The translations under genes were made by a program, and so were the position numbers. Positions 45,820-48,491 of a stretch of 48,491 nt of DNA are shown piece by piece (position 1 is the first letter of the stretch; every line of letters begins with the position of its first letter). Location of the stretch: the NCBI GenBank assembly GCA_030770535.1, contig JASVEC010000117.1, positions 1 through 48,491 on the forward strand. The letters run 5' to 3'. The notes under the pieces are model-generated. The model did no database searches, was not told where the DNA came from, and saw only the letters and a list, made by a program, of their open reading frames with translations. The stretch comes from Batkoa obscura (taxonomy: Eukaryota).

Positions 45820-48491
45820 ATGAAATTCCCATTCCCAAGACGAAAGAACAAAGATAAAATTATAGGTAAGTATTGTTTCATCCCCTCTCTTGTCTTACTT
45901 CTAAATCAACATAATTAATACTTGAATTCCATTTATAAATAAATAGAAGAGCCGCCCTCTACAAAAACTAGTAGCAAAAAGAAGCGATTAAGTTCATGCT
46001 CAGACACTGAATTATCTAAAGAAGATCGAAGTACTTTATTACAACGTGTAAGAAGACGAGGTTCTGATACTGAGTTTTCAAAATTATTAAACTCTCAAAT
46101 GGATGCAAAAGAAATTGAAGCGTTGGTAAGCTTTTTTTTTAAATATTTTAAAAAAAATTAAATGTCGGTTTTTTTTAAAATAATATAGATTGCTAAAGTG
46201 GAGAGTGGTAAGTTGATTTAAATTTATCTATTTTATTTTATTTATTGCATTAATTTCTTTAGACGATGTAGTACCTCCAGATATGCTGACAATAGACACG
46301 ATTAACAACAATAACAATAATAAACGTAAACCAAGCTCAGAATCCTTAAACAGTCTAAAACGCAATGGGGTAGTAGTATCCCCAACAACTTCCGCTTTAA
46401 TAGCTGATGATATTACCTCTATACCCGAAGTATCTCAATTTGAAAATGATCGTGGATGGATAACAGAAGATACATTATATGAAGAAGAAGGAGATGATCG
46501 ATTTCAGTATAGAATTAGGGTGTTTAAACCAGATCATACGTATGCAACGGTTTATTGTTCTTTGAGAACTAAAGCGAGTGAACTGTTGATTCCATTAGCG
46601 AAAAAGTTTTTTGTAAATGATGTATCACCATATGCATTGTATCTAAGGAAGCATAATATTGGTAAGTTGATAGTTTGAATTAATAATTTTTTTTATAAAA
46701 TTTGAGATATGAGTTGTTTTTTATGATAATATAATATAATACAATACAATGGTGGTTTATTTTATTAATAAGACGAATTTTAGAAAGGGAACTTACAAGT
46801 GATGAAAGACCATTAGTTATATTAAAAAGAATGTTAGAAAAAATTGGTTATACTTCAAGGGATGATTTACGTAACATTGGTAGAGAAGATAATTCTTATT
46901 ATTTTAAATTTATCTTTGATTATAGTAGAAATTGTTGTATGGATGATGTAAGTTTAGTTAATAATAATAATAGTAATTTAATAATATATTGTAATATTTA
47001 TTTTTATTATTTAATTTAGAATCAAGAAATACCTAATTATCAGCATGTCGATTTAAGAGCCAAAAATTTACGAAAAATCCCCCAAAATTTAATGAGACAT
47101 GCGAATCAAGTCCATAGTTTAAATTTAAGTCAAAATTTAGTGATTGATTTAACTTTTGAGTTTTTTGCTAATTGTTCAGCTTTAAAAGAGTTGAAATTAT
47201 CAAGATGTGAATTACAAAACGTACCAGAATGTATTAAAGCAATAACAACATTAACTTTTTTGGATCTTTCTAGTAATAGAATTAAATCTATTCATTATTC
47301 CAAATTAGAATCTTTAAAAAGTTTAAATTCATTATTATTAGGCAATAATCGAATTGAAATTTTGCCCTCCCAATTTTCGAAATTAGTTAATTTAAAGAAG
47401 TTGAATTTATCTAATAACCGATTTTCATTATTTCCATCTGTTATTACTAATTTAATTAATTTAATTCATTTGGATATTTCGTTCAATGAAATTAAAGTTA
47501 TACCCTCCACTATTAATCAATTGGTTAATTTACAAGAATTATTGTTAATATCCAACCGAATTGTTGGTAGTTTACCAGAATCAATAAGTCAACTATCTAA
47601 ATTAAGGGAGTTAGATTTAAGAAAAAATCAATTAAATAATTTAGATTCGTTAAGTAGTTTGCCAAATTTGGAATTATTATTATGTGATTATAATTTTATA
47701 TCGACATTACAACTGAATTTTCAATCTTTGTATCGATTAATTATTTCTAAAAATTCAATTACAAAAATAATTCAACCAGCTAATCCATTATTAACATTAA
47801 CGTGTTTGAATTTATCATTTTCAAAACTAGTTAGTTTACCGGATGATTTGTTTAATTTTGTACCCAATTTAGAAGAACTGAATTTAGACAATAATCGATT
47901 AGTATTATTACCACCATCTATTGGTAATTTAACTAAATTACAAAGTTTAAATTGTTCTAATAACGAATTAAGTTCAATTATTGCTAATATTTCTTCATTA
48001 AATAGTTTGAAATTTCTAGATTTACATGATAATAATATTAGTTCATTACCTTCGGAAATTTGGCTATTAGGCTCATTAACAATATTTAATGCTAGTTCAA
48101 ATTTATTAAAAGAATTCCCAAGACCATTAATACAACCTAATAATAATAATAATAATTTAAATAGAACAGCATCAACAAATTCAGATGAATTAATCCATCC
48201 ACCATTATCATTATCATTAAGAGAGTTATTTTTAGGAGATAATCGATTGACAGATGATGTATTTACTTCAATTTCGTTTTTTACAGAATTAAAAGTATTG
48301 AATTTAAGTTATAATATTCTAGATGAAATACCATCAGGATCTTTAATAAATTTATCAAATTTAACAGATCTTTATTTATCTGGAAATCAGTTATCAACAC
48401 TACCTGCAGAAGATTTAGAAAGATTAAGAGGATTAAGAGGATTATATTTAAATAGTAATCGATTACAAACATTACCTGCAGAAATAGGAAA
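45820..48491 (+). CDS. CYR1: Fungal adenylate cyclase, 5' part (Ras-association domain + leucine-rich repeats), runs off window
   Basis: RA-like YRIRVFKPDHTYATVYC...LAKKFF...DERPL...LEKIGY...IGREDNSYYFKF. Many LxxLxLSxNxLxxLP repeats follow from ~47020, including LRELFLGDNRLTDD. PP2C and cyclase domains are not visible in this window. Confidence 0.88.

Noticed and set aside
473..48472. Small ORFs antisense or out of frame within real genes (473-661, 1626-1808, 4345-4527, 9006-9215, 27323-27547, 30228-30608, 32777-33019, 34779-35021, 48281-48472)
   Set aside because: These are shadow ORFs with no recognisable motifs.
47020..48491. LRR array as an NLR or immune receptor
   Set aside because: The upstream Ras-association domain and the LFLGDNRLTDD repeat fit fungal adenylate cyclase.

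Overview
Very AT-rich eukaryotic DNA, most likely from an early-diverging fungus. A Conidiobolus/Entomophthoromycotina-like source is my inference from composition, ~50-70 nt GT-AG introns and gene content. The left ~28 kb is an intronless, duplication-rich block. It holds four class-3 lipases (one a pseudogene), seven paralogues of an uncharacterised ~200-aa protein that all start with two LPxY motifs, an animal-type membrane UDP-glycosyltransferase plus a remnant copy, and a probable decayed Tc1/IS630-like transposase. The right ~18 kb holds intron-containing conserved genes: SAP30BP/HCNGP-like, an OPT transporter, methylcrotonyl-CoA carboxylase alpha, a metallophosphoesterase, LOG, and the 5' part of adenylate cyclase. 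Each of the three tRNA genes (Tyr, Asn, Lys) has one copy of a ~460-bp TG...CA solo-LTR-like element upstream. Nine of 14 copies of a ~100-bp MITE lie in the same upstream zones. The best candidates for undescribed biology are the tandem-LPxY protein family and the apparent tRNA-upstream targeting of the mobile elements. All alignments were made by eye.
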